From NCBI RefSeq assembly GCF_032191835.1, contig NW_026800120.1, positions 1 through 64,000 on the forward strand: a DNA stretch of 64,000 nt. Direction: 5' to 3'. Below, one piece after another: positions 12,001 through 22,758 of this stretch (position 1 is the first letter of the stretch; every line of letters starts with the position of its first letter). The notes under the pieces are model-generated. The model saw only the letters and a program-made list of their open reading frames with translations. It was not told the DNA's origin and ran no database searches. Made by a program: the position numbers and the translations under genes. This DNA is from Heteronotia binoei. Its lineage: Eukaryota.

Positions 12001-14171
12001 TGTCCTTCATCTGGCTTCCTCCCAGAAGGAGTTTTGGGGCAGAGGGAGCCTTTGCAGCAGCTGCTGTGGGCAGGAGGTGGAGGCCTTTTGCCTGCCTTGA
12101 TGGGGTGTTCAGAACCACAGCGTCACCTTTTGTTTCTGGAGCCCCAACAGAGCAGAGGCTCATTTGATGCTGTCTGACTCCAACCAGCAGCCCTCCTCAT
12201 GGTGGTGCTCTCTGTGCCCCCTCCACCGCCCCGTTCCCTTCTGAGGAAAGGCAGCTCCGGCCCTCACAGTCCCCTCTTCTCCCTAGGTTTGCAGGTGCCT
12301 TCACTCTGCGCCAACGCATGCTCAACTTTGTGCAGAACATCCAGTACTACATGATGTTTGAAGTGATGGAGCCCACGTGGCACATCCTGGAGAAGAATCT
12401 CAAGTCGGTGAGGCTGAGATGGAATGGATCCTGTTCTTTTCAGGAGATGGGCAGCAGCATGCACTAGAAGCAGAAATCCTGCCCACCTCCGCTGTCTTCT
12501 GTCAGGATGAAATCAGGGACCTTTAAGCTATGTTCTTTCCTTCCTATCCCCCCACTGCCTGGGGATGTTGTGGTTTAAGAAAGCAAGGCTAATTTGAATC
12601 CCTCCTCACCAGCCCAGGAGAGAGAACAGCAAAGTACTGAAGAGCTTTTGGTTCTGCTAGAGAGAGGCTGACGTGCCAGTGTGGGCTGCCTTCTTGTCTG
12701 CAGATTGCCAAGTGGTTCTGTGCAGCCACAGGGAGGGCCGGAAGTGGCTTCAGACCTTCTGTTTTACTGCCTTTGCTGAAGCAGAGCAATGAGAAATGGG
12801 GAGCTGTGTCCCATACCATGCCCAGCCCCTTTCTGGTGCTTGCTGTGGGTGACTTTGTCGAGGAAGAGGTCTCCCGAGGGGGTGCAGTGGCGGCTTCTGC
12901 TGAGCAGGGCTTCTTGCGTACAGAGCCCCTGACTCTGAGGGCTGCTTCATTCTCCCTGGGACATGCCTCAACCCAGTGTGGAGCCCACAGCGGCCCTCCG
13001 TGGGCGAGTGAGTGGAAGGAATGATGGGAAGTGGTCTGTCTGAACACTCCTCCAAGAGGAGGCCTGTGCTGTCATACAGACGACTTTTGCTGCTGTTGTA
13101 GGCTCATCCAGGAACCGCTGGGGAGCTCGACTGGTTTCTTTGCTGTGTCCAACAGGCCTCCAACATAGATGATGTCTTGAGCCATCACACAAGCTTTCTC
13201 GACAACTGCTTGAAGGACTGCATGTTGACCAACCCGGAGCTGCTGAAGATCTTCTCCAAGATGATGTCCGTCTGTGTCATGTTCACCAACTGTATGCAGG
13301 TAGGACTTGGTGCACCGGCGGGAAGCGCAGAAGGCTGGGGGTGGAGCTCTAGGCTCAGGACTCTTTGCCTCCCTCTGCCCCCCCTCCAGAGGTTCTCCCA
13401 CAGCATGAAACTGGATAATGAGCTAGGCCGTCTCACGGTGGAACATGGGACCATGCGGGGCCCACCTACTGAGCAGGAGCGTGTGGAGGAGTCTGCACGG
13501 AAGCAGCTGGCCAACAGGGTAAGAGGAGGGAAGGGGGGGGGGTTAGCTCACAGCCATGGAGCATCCACCTGGCACGTGGAAGGCCACAAAGGTTTGATCC
13601 TCAGTCTCTGCAGCCAGAAGCCTCTGGGGTGGGGGGAGTGATCTGAGACATGGTTGCCAGCATGAGGGGTCAGTGCTGCGGACCTTGTTGGGCCAGGGAT
13701 TTTATTCCATGCGAGGCCATGTTCAGAAGTGGCTGTCACACGGCCTGTAGTCCCTCTGCCTCTGAGAGTTGCTGTGTTTGGCTGCCCTTCAGCTCCTAGC
13801 CGAGCACGCAGACACCTTGCACCTGACTTCGGGCTTCGAAGCCACCATCAACAAGTTTGACAGCAACTTCTCCGCCCACCTCCTGGACCTCCTGGACAAG
13901 CTGAGCCTTTACAGCACCAATGACTGTGAGCACAGCATGATCAACATCATCTACAGGTGAGCCAGCTCTCACCCCCACTTGGGGGGCCCAGAAATGGCTG
14001 GGGTCAGGGCCCCTCTCCAGGGCACTTCCCTCCCCTCCTTTCTTCTCTAGGCTGGACTTCAACGGCTTCTACACAGAGCGCTTGGAGCACCTGTCTGCCG
14101 AGCGGAGCCAGAAGGCAGCCTCCCAAGCAGCACCTCCTCCCCGAGTCGTCCTTGTGGCTGCTGCTCAGTGA
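1..14171 (+). CDS. TUBGCP2: Gamma-tubulin complex component 2, 5'-truncated by the window edge. 16 coding exons: 1-35, 267-437, 1798-1957, 4173-4380, 5248-5447, 6258-6447, 6810-6955, 7768-7948, 8841-9021, 11290-11462, 11711-11839, 12287-12407, 13156-13299, 13390-13518, 13793-13956, 14051-14171 (TGA)
   Basis: Translated exons match recalled GCP2 (TLQYLQQNAKERAELA, LPLASQESAVVEDLLYVL, FEYGQVNHALAAAMRTL, YWDQRYTIVQQQIPSFLQK, IDLMPHDLITQLLRVL, FTLRQRMLNFVQNIQYYM, LDFNGFYTERLE). All introns are GT-AG and the frame is continuous across junctions. Confidence 0.97.
55..275 (+). repeat. ~60-bp GC-rich minisatellite (3 copies plus the real acceptor) in a TUBGCP2 intron
   Basis: cctttgcacactctcc recurs at 72, 131 and 191; the true acceptor cctttgcag|actctcc starts at 258. 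Confidence 0.9.
918..1193 (+). mobile_element. tRNA-derived SINE (Squam3-like), full length
   Basis: A-box-like gtgtagtggttaag, B-box-like gtttgattcc, body cccacctcacagggtgtctg, tail gggtataaat plus CTT-rich end; many related copies in the window. Confidence 0.8.
2062..2290 (+). mobile_element. Diverged tRNA-derived SINE (Squam3 family-like)
   Basis: ggtgtagtgattaag head, ctcagaactctcccagcccc...cctgttgtgggg body, tataaa/ttcttc tail. Confidence 0.55.
3580..3812 (+). mobile_element. CR1 LINE 3' end fragment
   Basis: Ends ggcctgatctaacatggcttctcttatgttcttatg, the same terminus as other CR1 copies here. Confidence 0.7.
4862..4960 (-). mobile_element. Penelope-like element fragment
   Basis: cacctttaagaccaacaaagttttattc...gcacacttcttcag is the reverse complement of the motif at 54890-55145; family name from recalled reptile consensus. 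Confidence 0.45.
9560..10202 (+). mobile_element. CR1 LINE ORF2 remnant with a large internal deletion
   Basis: YEEHIAKSIKTNNKN (pre-RT) is joined at ~9733 to KCKVMHIG...RTHLEYCVQFWS...LEKVQKRATRMIKGLE (post-RT). Confidence 0.9.
10481..10790 (+). mobile_element. CR1 3' end directly fused to an internally deleted Squam3-like SINE
   Basis: ...ggcttctcttatgttctta runs into gtggttaaggacgtggactctta|ccatagctct; the SINE lacks its B-box segment. Confidence 0.7.
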
Positions 14172-14370
14172 CGCCCTCCCACTGAAGAGCATTTCCCCAG
14201 GGGAGGGGCTGAGAGGGCAGATGTGCTCCCGGCGCAGCAGCAGTCGAAGCTTGAAGCGCAAGGCCCAGCGGCTGTTGCTGGAAGGTGGATGTGGAATGGA
14301 TTCTGTTTCTGAGGGGCATCCACACTTTTATACACAAAACTAACTTGTACAGTTGTGTGTTTTACTTGAA

Positions 14371-14376
14371 AATAAA
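14371..14376 (+). terminator. Polyadenylation signal AATAAA of TUBGCP2
   Basis: AATAAA 200 nt after the stop codon in a U-rich context. Confidence 0.7.
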
Positions 14377-14734
14377 AATCTTTAGTGGTATTCTGATGCA
14401 CGCGTCTCCAGCCTCCTTGGAGCAGTCAGGGCAAGACAGTTGCTGCTCCGGGGGTGGGGGGGCATTCACAATTACACTTGCTGAGTTTTGCGTCTTTGCA
14501 GAGCTGGGGTCTAGTGCTGGTGCCTTCTTTCTAAGGTCACAGCACAGACTGCATGCCCAGAGGGGAGGAAGAGCCATCTATACCTTGCTGCTCTGTTTCT
14601 GCCAAAGAATGCCACAGCAAGTTCAACAGACACTAACTGCGTGCAGGGGAGACTGTGGGAAGGCACTCGAAGGACAATCTGTTTTGCTGCGTGGTCTCTT
14701 TACATCACATTGATAGACTATTGTGGGTATAGAC

Positions 14735-14869
14735 CAGGGATGGCCAATGGTAGCTCTCCAGATGTTTTTTGCCTACAACTCCCAGCAGCCCCAGCCATTG
14801 GCCATCCTGGCTGGGGCTGATGGGAGTTGTAGGCAAAAACATCTGGAGAGCTTCCGTTGGCCACCCCTG
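14735..14869. mobile_element. Palindromic hAT-type MITE (135 bp)
   Basis: Termini cagggatggccaa / ttggccacccctg, foldback interior, perfect 8-bp TSD gtatagac at 14727-14734 and 14870-14877. Confidence 0.9.
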
Positions 14870-14884
14870 GTATAGACTATTAAG

Positions 14885-15056
14885 GCAACAGGTGGCCCAG
14901 TGAATGTGGAGGTTCCCTGAAGTCACCATGGCTAATAGCTGCTGACAGACCTTTTCTCCATGAATCGGTCTAATCCCCTTTTCAAATTGTTTATTTCTGT
15001 GGCCATCACCACATCCTCTGGCAGCAGATTTCACATTTTAATCACTTGCTGAAGAA
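14885..15056 (-). mobile_element. CR1 LINE 3' fragment
   Basis: Reverse complement reads ...aaaaggggattagaccgattcatggagaaaaggtc...gctattagccatgg. Confidence 0.65.
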
Positions 15057-15169
15057 AGTAAAGGGCTGGACACTGGTGGTTGTTGTACATGACTCTTGGG
15101 GGGAGGAAATCCCCCAGCGGATGTCCAACGGTGCTTCCATATATCAGGTAAAATAAGAATAATTACTTT

Positions 15170-17395
15170 TTTGCCCAAAGAGTAATTAACATGAATTCAC
15201 TGCTGCAGGAAGTGGCTATAAGCATAGCTTTAAGAGGGGATTGGATAAACCTATGGAGCAGAGGTCCAACAGTGGCTATTAGCTACAGGGGTAGATTGAA
15301 CTTGCTATCTGGGGCTGTGATGCTCTGTCTTGGGCTTTGGCGGAGGGGCAAGAGTGGGACGGCTTCCGGAGTTCTGGCCTCACTGGTGGATTTCCTGATG
15401 GCACTTGGATTTTGGCCATTGTGTGACAGAGAGTATTGGACTGGAGGGGCCATTGGCCTGATCCAACAGGGCTTCTCTTACGTTCTTATGTGACACAGTG
15501 TTGGACTGCAGGGGCCACTGGCCTGATCCAACAGGGCTTCTCTTATGTTCTTATGTGACACAGAGTGTTGGATTGGATGGGCCATTGGCCTGATCCAACA
15601 TGACTTCTCTTATGTCTGGAGCAAGTGATGCTCCGTATTCTAAGTGCTTGGGAGGGGCACAATGGGAGGGCTTTTAGTGTCCTGGCCCCACTGATGGACC
15701 TCCTGATGGCACCTGGGGTTTTTTTGGCCACTGTGTGACAGAGTGTGTTGGACTGGATGGGCCATTGGCCTGATCCAACAGGGCTTCTTTCATGTTCTTA
15801 TGTGACACAGAGTGTTGGACTGGAGGGGCCACTGGCCTGATCCAGCATAGCTTCTCTTATGTTCTTGTGTGATACAGAGTGTTGGACTGGAGGGGCCACT
15901 GGCCTTATCCAACATGGCTTCTCTTATGTGACACAGAGTGTTAGACTGGAGGGGCCACTGGCCTGATCCAACATGGCTTCTCTTATGTGACACAGAGTAT
16001 TGGACTGGAGGGGCCACTGGCCTGATCCAACATGGCTTCTCTTATGTGACACAGAGTGTTGGACTGGAGGGGCCTTTGGCCTGATCCAACAGGGCTTCTC
16101 TTATGTTCTTATGTAACACAGAGTGTTGGACTGGATGGGCCACTGGCCTGATCCAACATGGTTTCTCTTAAGTTCTTATGTGACCCAGAGTGTTGGACTG
16201 GATGGGCCGTTGGCCTGATCCGACATGGCTTCTCTTATGTTCTTATGTGACACAGAGTATTGGACTGGAGGGGCCACTGGCCTGATCCAACATGGCTTCT
16301 CTGATGTTCTTATCTGACACAGAGTGTTGGACTGGATGGGCCATTGGCCTGATCCAACATGACTTCTCTTATGTCTGGAGCAAGTGATGCTCCGTATTCT
16401 AAGTGCTTGGGAGGGGCACAATGGGAGGGCTTTTAGTGTCCTGGCCCCACTGATGGACCTCCTGATGGCACCTGGGGTTTTTTTGGCCACTGTGTGACAG
16501 AGTGTGTTGGACTGGATGGGCCATTGGCCTGATCCAACAGGGCTTCTTTCATGTTCTTATGTGACACAGAGTGTTGGACTGGAGGGGCCACTGGCCTGAT
16601 CCAGCATAGCTTCTCTTATGTTCTTGTGTGATACAGAGTGTTGGACTGGAGGGGCCACTGGCCTTATCCAACATGGCTTCTCTTATGTGACACAGAGTGT
16701 TAGACTGGAGGGGCCACTGGCCTGATCCAACATGGCTTCTCTTATGTGACACAGAGTATTGGACTGGAGGGGCCACTGGCCTGATCCAACATGGCTTCTC
16801 TTATGTGACACAGAGTGTTGGACTGGAGGGGCCTTTGGCCTGATCCAACAGGGCTTCTCTTATGTTCTTATGTAACACAGAGTGTTGGACTGGATGGGCC
16901 ACTGGCCTGATCCAACATGGTTTCTCTTAAGTTCTTATGTGACCCAGAGTGTTGGACTGGATGGGCCGTTGGCCTGATCCGACATGGCTTCTCTTATGTT
17001 CTTATGTGACAGAGTGTTGGACTGGAGGGGCCACTGGCCTGATCCAACATGGCTTCTCTTATGTTCTTATGTGACACAGAGTATTGGACTGGAGGGGCCA
17101 CTGGCCTGATCCAACATGGCTTCTCTGATGTTCTTATCTGACACAGAGTGTTGGACTGGCTGGGCCACTGGCCTGATCCAACATGGTTTCTCTTAAGTTC
17201 TTATGTGACCCATAGTGTTGGACTGGATGGGCCGTTGGCCTGATCCGACATGGCTTCTCTTATGTTCTTATGTGACACAGAGTATTGGACTGGAGGGGCC
17301 ATTGGCCTGATCCAACATGGCTTCTGTTATGTTCTTATGTGACACAGAGTATTGGACTGGAGGGGCCATTGGCCTGATCCAACATGGCTGCTTTT
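15170..17395 (+). repeat. CR1 3' end (from 15170) followed by a ~2-kb minisatellite of its terminal 59/67 bp, containing a 759-bp higher-order duplication
   Basis: Unit gacacagagtgttggactggaggggccactggcctgatccaacatggcttctcttatgt(tcttatgt), roughly 27 copies from ~15420; matching ORFs offset by 759 (15790/16549, and ORF ends 15731/16490). Confidence 0.95.
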
Positions 17396-18285
17396 ATATT
17401 CTTAAGGTATATCTTGTGGATGGGACCTGTCACTGCGTTCTAAATGAGAAAATATGTCATTTCATGTTACAACCTGAGCAGCGGATGAAAAAGGCTGTTA
17501 ACTTTAGCAGAATGCAGCCATTATGTCAAGATATTGGGGGAGGGGCGGGGGGTTAACATTTTAGAAGTGCCAAATGTTGAGAGAAGGGGAAGTGTAGGAT
17601 GTGCATGTAACCGACTTTTGCTGAGGGGACTCAGCTTGCGTTCTGCAAGGTGACCAGTCAGGGGCCCCTGCTGGTTATTGCAGAGCTTTCTCCTTCCCAG
17701 AACAGTGCGGAGTTGTTCAGAGCCCCAGAGGGAGAAGGGCCTCTCCTTTGTGTAGGGGGAAGGGAGGCTACTGTCCCCATGGGGCTTGGTGAGCTGGGCT
17801 TTGGGATACGTCCTGGGTCAGAAGGGATGGAGGATTTCCACTCTGGAGATGCTGAAGGCAGTGCTATGGGCAGCAGAGAGCACAGCAGCCCTCAGCGCGG
17901 ATCAGAACCTGGCAATATGGGGGGCAGAGTGTGATGCAGCCGGAAAGGGCGAGAGTGCAGGAGCACCTTAGGTGGGCCTTTGCATCTCCCTTCCCCCAGT
18001 GCCCGAGTTGCCCCACAGGAGTGTGTCCGTCTTCTCCGCTGCCATGAACTGGAACCGTCCTGGCCTCTACTTAGATGTTGGGGCAGACTTTCACTCAGCA
18101 GCCCCGTGGGGAGGGGGGGACTCACTGGAGGGAAAACACAGGAGCTCTCCTATCTTAGCCGTTAAACCCTTGTTGAAAATGGCTCTTGAGGCAGTTGAAC
18201 TTTCCAGAACAGAATAACGATCTTATCAAACAGGCAGGGAGAGGTCTTGGTTTAGAGACTGCTGAGGCGAACACTTCCTCTAATA

Positions 18286-18822
18286 CAGGGGTTTGTAATG
18301 AGGGCCAAATCTGCCATAAATGAGACCTTGTTGGGCCAGGCCATGTGTGTACCTAGTTAAGATTAGGTAGCAGAGATATAAACTTTATAAAGGACACAAA
18401 CACAATTAAAGGTTTTTTTAACTTAAAACTTGAGCACTTGTTGGTCTTAAAGGTGCTTTCGTTGTATTTTTCCTATGGGATCCAGGGAACTGGGCAGAGG
18501 AAGCTCTGGCTCTTTCCTTGCTTCCCCAGGTGACCAGCCAATAGAAGGAAGAGAGGCCTGACTCAGTAGCTCTGCTGTGTGATTGAGAGAGCCTGGCAAA
18601 GCAAGCTCTTCCTCCCCCCCCCCACGGGGGGGTGAAAGGAGGAAATAGAGGTTTTGCTCTGTAGCTCCTGTGTGATTAAGCAAGTCTTACAAAGCAAGCT
18701 GAAATGCAGAAGGAAGCAAGAGAGAGAGAGAAGGAAGCAGATGACAGCCAGTCACTCAGGGGCCTGGTAGAAGCCCTCCAGGGGCCTAATTTGGCCTCTG
18801 GGCCGCATGTTTGACACCGCTT
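18286..18822. mobile_element. Non-autonomous hAT DNA transposon (537 bp)
   Basis: caggggt... to ...gcatgtttgacaccgctt, flanked by 8-bp TSD ctctaata (18278-18285, 18823-18830). Confidence 0.85.
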
Positions 18823-18954
18823 CTCTAATAGATGCAGATGTGAATGTGGATAACATCCTGGAGGGCGTCATTTCTGTTCTTCAGCTCTGTCTTCTGGAAA
18901 AGCCACATTGGCTTCTAGTTTGTGGGTTTCTCGCCTCACTCAGAAGTCTGGTTC

Positions 18955-20585
18955 CCTTCTTCCTGGGAGGTTTTTCAACAGAGGCTGGATGGCCCTCTGA
19001 CAGTGATGAAGATCCTGTGAATTTAGGGGGAGGTGTTTGTGAGTTTCCTGCATTGTGCAGGTGGTTGGACTAGATGACCCTGGAGGTCACTTCCAGCTCT
19101 AGGATTCTATGACTGTTAGAGCGATTCCTCAGTGGAACAGGCTTTCTCCTCGGGAGGTGGTGGGCTCTCCTTCCTTGGAGGTTTTTCAGCAGAGGCTAGA
19201 TGGCCATCTGACAGCAATGAAGATCCTGTGAATTTAGGGGGAGGTGTTTGTGGGTTTCCTGCATTGTGCAGGGGGCTGGACAAGATGGCCCTGGAGGTCC
19301 CTTCCAACTCTATGAATCTATGACTGTTAGAGCAGTTCCTCAGTGGGACAGGCTTCCTCCTTGGGAGGTGGTGCGCTCTCCTTCCTTGGGGGTTTTTCAA
19401 CAGAGGCTAGATGGCCATCTGACAGCGATGAAGATCCTGTGAATTTAGGGGGAGGTGTTTGTGAGTTTCCTGCATTGTGCAGGGGGTTGGACTAAATGAC
19501 CCTGGAGGTCCCTTCCAACTCTATGATTCTATGAACTGCCTGATTGTTAGAGCGGTTCCTCAGTGGAACAGGCTTCCTCCTTGGAGGTGGTGGGCTCTCC
19601 TTCCTTGGAGGTTTTTCAACAGAGGCTGGATGGCCATCTGACAGCAATGAGGATCCTGTGAATTTAGGGGGAGGTTCCTGCATTGTGCAGGGGGTTGGAC
19701 TAAATGACCCTGGAGGTCCCTTCCAACTCTGTGATTCTATGAACTGCCTGATTGTTAGAGCGGTTCCTCAGTGGAACAGGCTTCTTCCTTGGGAGGTGGT
19801 GGGCTCTCTTTCCTTGGAGGTTTTTTAACAGAGGCTAGATGGCCATCTGACAGCAATGATGATCCTGTGAGTTTAGGGAGAGGTGTTTGTAGGTTTCCTG
19901 CATTGTGCAGGGGGTTGGACTAAATGACCCTGGAGGTTCTTTCCAGCTCTAGGATTCTAAGATTCCATGACTGTTAGAGCAATTCCTTAGTGGAACAGTT
20001 TTCCTCCTCTGGAGGTGGTGGGTTCTCCTTTGGAGGTTTTTCAACAGAGGCTACATGGCCATCTGCCAGCGATGACGATCCTATGAATTTAGGGGGAGGT
20101 GTTCGTGGGTTTCCTGCATTGTGCAGGGGGCTGGACTCGATGACCCTGGAGGTCCCTTCCAGCTCTAGGATTCTAAGATTCCATGACTGTTAGAGCGATT
20201 TCTTAATGGAACAGGCTTCCTCCTCTGGAGGTGGTGGGCTCTCCTTTGGAGGTTTTTCAACAGAGGCTACATGGCCATCTGACAGCGATGAAGATCCTAT
20301 GAATTTAGGGGGAGGTGTTTGTGGATTTCCTGCATTGTGCAGGGGGCTGGACTCGATGACCCTGGAGGTCCCTTCCAGCTCTAGGATTCTAAGATTCCAT
20401 GACTGTTAGAGCGATTCCTTAATGGAACAGGCTTCCTCCTCTGGAGGTGGTGGGCTCTCCTTTGGAGGTTTTTCAACAGAGGCTACATGGCCATCTGACA
20501 GCGATGAAGATCCTGTGAATTTAGGGGGAGGTGTTTGTGGGTTTCCTGCATTGTGCAGGGGGTGGACTCGATGACCCTGGAGGGC
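18955..20585 (+). repeat. Tandem array of ~210-bp CR1 3'-end units (~7.5 copies)
   Basis: gttagagc unit starts near 19115, 19326, 19546, 19754, 19973, 20189 and 20405; each ends ...gaggtcccttcca(a/g)ctcta(t/g)gattcta. Confidence 0.95.
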
Positions 20586-20599
20586 CTTCTGTGGCTCCA

Positions 20600-21030
20600 T
20601 GCTAGAGCTTCTTCGCAGCTTTTCCGAAGCTCCGCCTCTCCCTGGGCTCCAGACGGCTTCCCGCAGAGGGAGGGGCTACTCCCCGTTCCCCACGGGGAGG
20701 AGCAGCCGAACTCCTTTCCCGCCACAAGCCGTGCCTTTGATGGCGCCGCCGGCGGCCAATGCGGGCGCGAGGAGCGCAGCCAGGCAGGTGCGAGGCCCCC
20801 CCCCACGGAGCTGGCCGGAGAGGAGGAGCCAGGGTGGCTGCCAGGCAGAGCGCTGCCCTCCCCAACCCATCACGGCAGGCAGCAGGGGAGTCGTGCGTGG
20901 AGGGGGGGCAAGCAGGAGAGAGGAAGGGCCTGGGCTGGGGGAGGGGGGGAGATTGAAGGGCCCCCCCAGTCACAGCCGTTTCGAGGGCCGCTTGTGGGGC
21001 AGGCTGTTGGCATTCTTGAATCGAACCGCC
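20600..21030. promoter_or_regulatory. Orphan CpG-island-like segment with CCAAT and GATGGCG motifs
   Basis: Dense CpG (gatggcgccgccggcggccaatgcgggcgcg); no recognisable gene attached. Confidence 0.45.
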
Positions 21031-21655
21031 CTCCCTTTCCTGCCTCTTGTGCTGAACCTTCCCTTTCCAGAAAGACATGGGGGGCGTTGGTTTGTACATT
21101 CTTTCTCTGGGGCATTTCTCTCCTGCACAGGGCAGCCTGCAGGCCCACCACATCCCTAGGCGGCCTTCCACCAGGTTTCCACCTCTGCTGCTGGCCTTGT
21201 ACTGTGCTCGAGGGATTTCTCCTCCTCCTCCTCAGCGGGTTAATCCAGGGAGAGCCGGGGTGGGGTCGTGGTTGAGAGAGACAGACTAGTAGCTGGGAGA
21301 CCCCAATGCGAATCCCACGCATGCCATGGAAGCTCCCTAGTGGCTTCCGAACAGTCACCCTCCTCTCCCAGCCTCACCTACCTCCCGGGGTTGTTGTTCA
21401 GGTAAAATGAAGGAGCTGCTGTGTCCCTGCAGGTTGGAAATGAAAACACAAGCCCAAAAGCAGGTGTTCTGAGGAGGTCCCAGGGTGACAGCTGGCAACT
21501 GGCCTGCTTTCAGAGAACCTTCAGTGAAAGAGAATTCCCCAGGAAGGAACGGCCTCTTCCCCCCCCCCCCTTCCTTCACACACAACCTCCCCACCAGGTA
21601 CTGACGGCAAGGAGCTTCCCTCGCAGATACCATAAGGAAGGTTATGAAAAATAGC

Positions 21656-21661
21656 TTTATT
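21656..21661 (-). terminator. Probable polyadenylation signal of ERLIN1 (3' UTR ~1.1 kb)
   Basis: tttatt on + equals AATAAA on -, downstream of the ERLIN1 stop. Confidence 0.55.
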
Positions 21662-22758
21662 TTCCCATTATTCCAAAGTTCAGTATTGCATATACATTTG
21701 ACATAAGCCACCTGGTAAAAAGCCCCATCAGAGATTAAACATTTCCAGTCATTTACAAACACTGTGCCAGTAGCAAAGCAAAGCCTTTCCCAGATAAATC
21801 AGCAATTCTTACCCGGCATTTTTTCCCTGTTTCGTAGCTCATGAGCCCCACCCCACAGAAAGCCCGACTTGAACTCCATTGTACAATCCCTGCATTTGCA
21901 ACTTCACAGTCTGAAGAACAACTGAATCTCAGAGAGGAGAAATTTGGCATCCCAGCAAGGATGAGCTCACCGTGCAGCCGCTTGCTCCTGCTGATGGTGG
22001 CAGAGTGCTATGGCGCACCCCATGCTGACAGCTGCATTGCAAATAACACAAGTGTCCCACTGCAGTGGCAACGGAAGCGCCCCCCTCCCCGCTTTGACCA
22101 GCAGAGAACATTGGCCTTCAGTGTGTCTCCCGGCCAAAACCCAGCATGGCGGGGGAGGGGGAAAGGCCTGGGCAGGCCAGTGATGCTTGCAGCTGTGCAT
22201 GTGACCCCACTTTTGCTGGGGGACTCAGCACCCAGTGCTAACCCCTCCCAGCAGTGCTCTCTCTCTCAGCTCCTCCTCCAGCTTCCTATACATGTAAGAA
22301 GCTTTCCAACAGCATCTTACTCCAAAACGTGAGGGGGCAGCCTGCCAGCTAAAATGCACATGGAAGACTTGTTGGAAAGAAGTCTACGTGGACCACCTTC
22401 GGGTCCTTGCAACTCCAGCACCGTATTTGTTCTCAGGCCTTCAGAGCTGGTTCTTTCATGTGAGCAATGCCATCTCCCCACAAAGGCCAGAGCTAAGCTC
22501 TGCCCAGGGTGGCTTCAGCAGACACCCCTCCTCCTCCGCCCGCCCCACAGGCGATAGATGCACGTGTGAGTGGAACAGTCCAGGAGGTAGACCCAAGACC
22601 CCCAGTGGGCAGATGCCACAGAAAGCACTTGTCTTCTCTATGATCACAACGACATTTCGGATAAGGCAGGTTTGAGGACGAAGATCCAGGCACTGGACAC
22701 ATTTTGAGTTCAGGCCGCTGAGGCCGCACAGTGCAAGGGCCGGGTCTCTGTTGCCCCA

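Noticed and set aside
17650-18250. Possible exons of a gene between TUBGCP2 and ERLIN1 (for example CPN1 or ADAM8)
   Set aside because: No translation resembled these proteins; the ORFs are short and unspliceable into anything recognisable.
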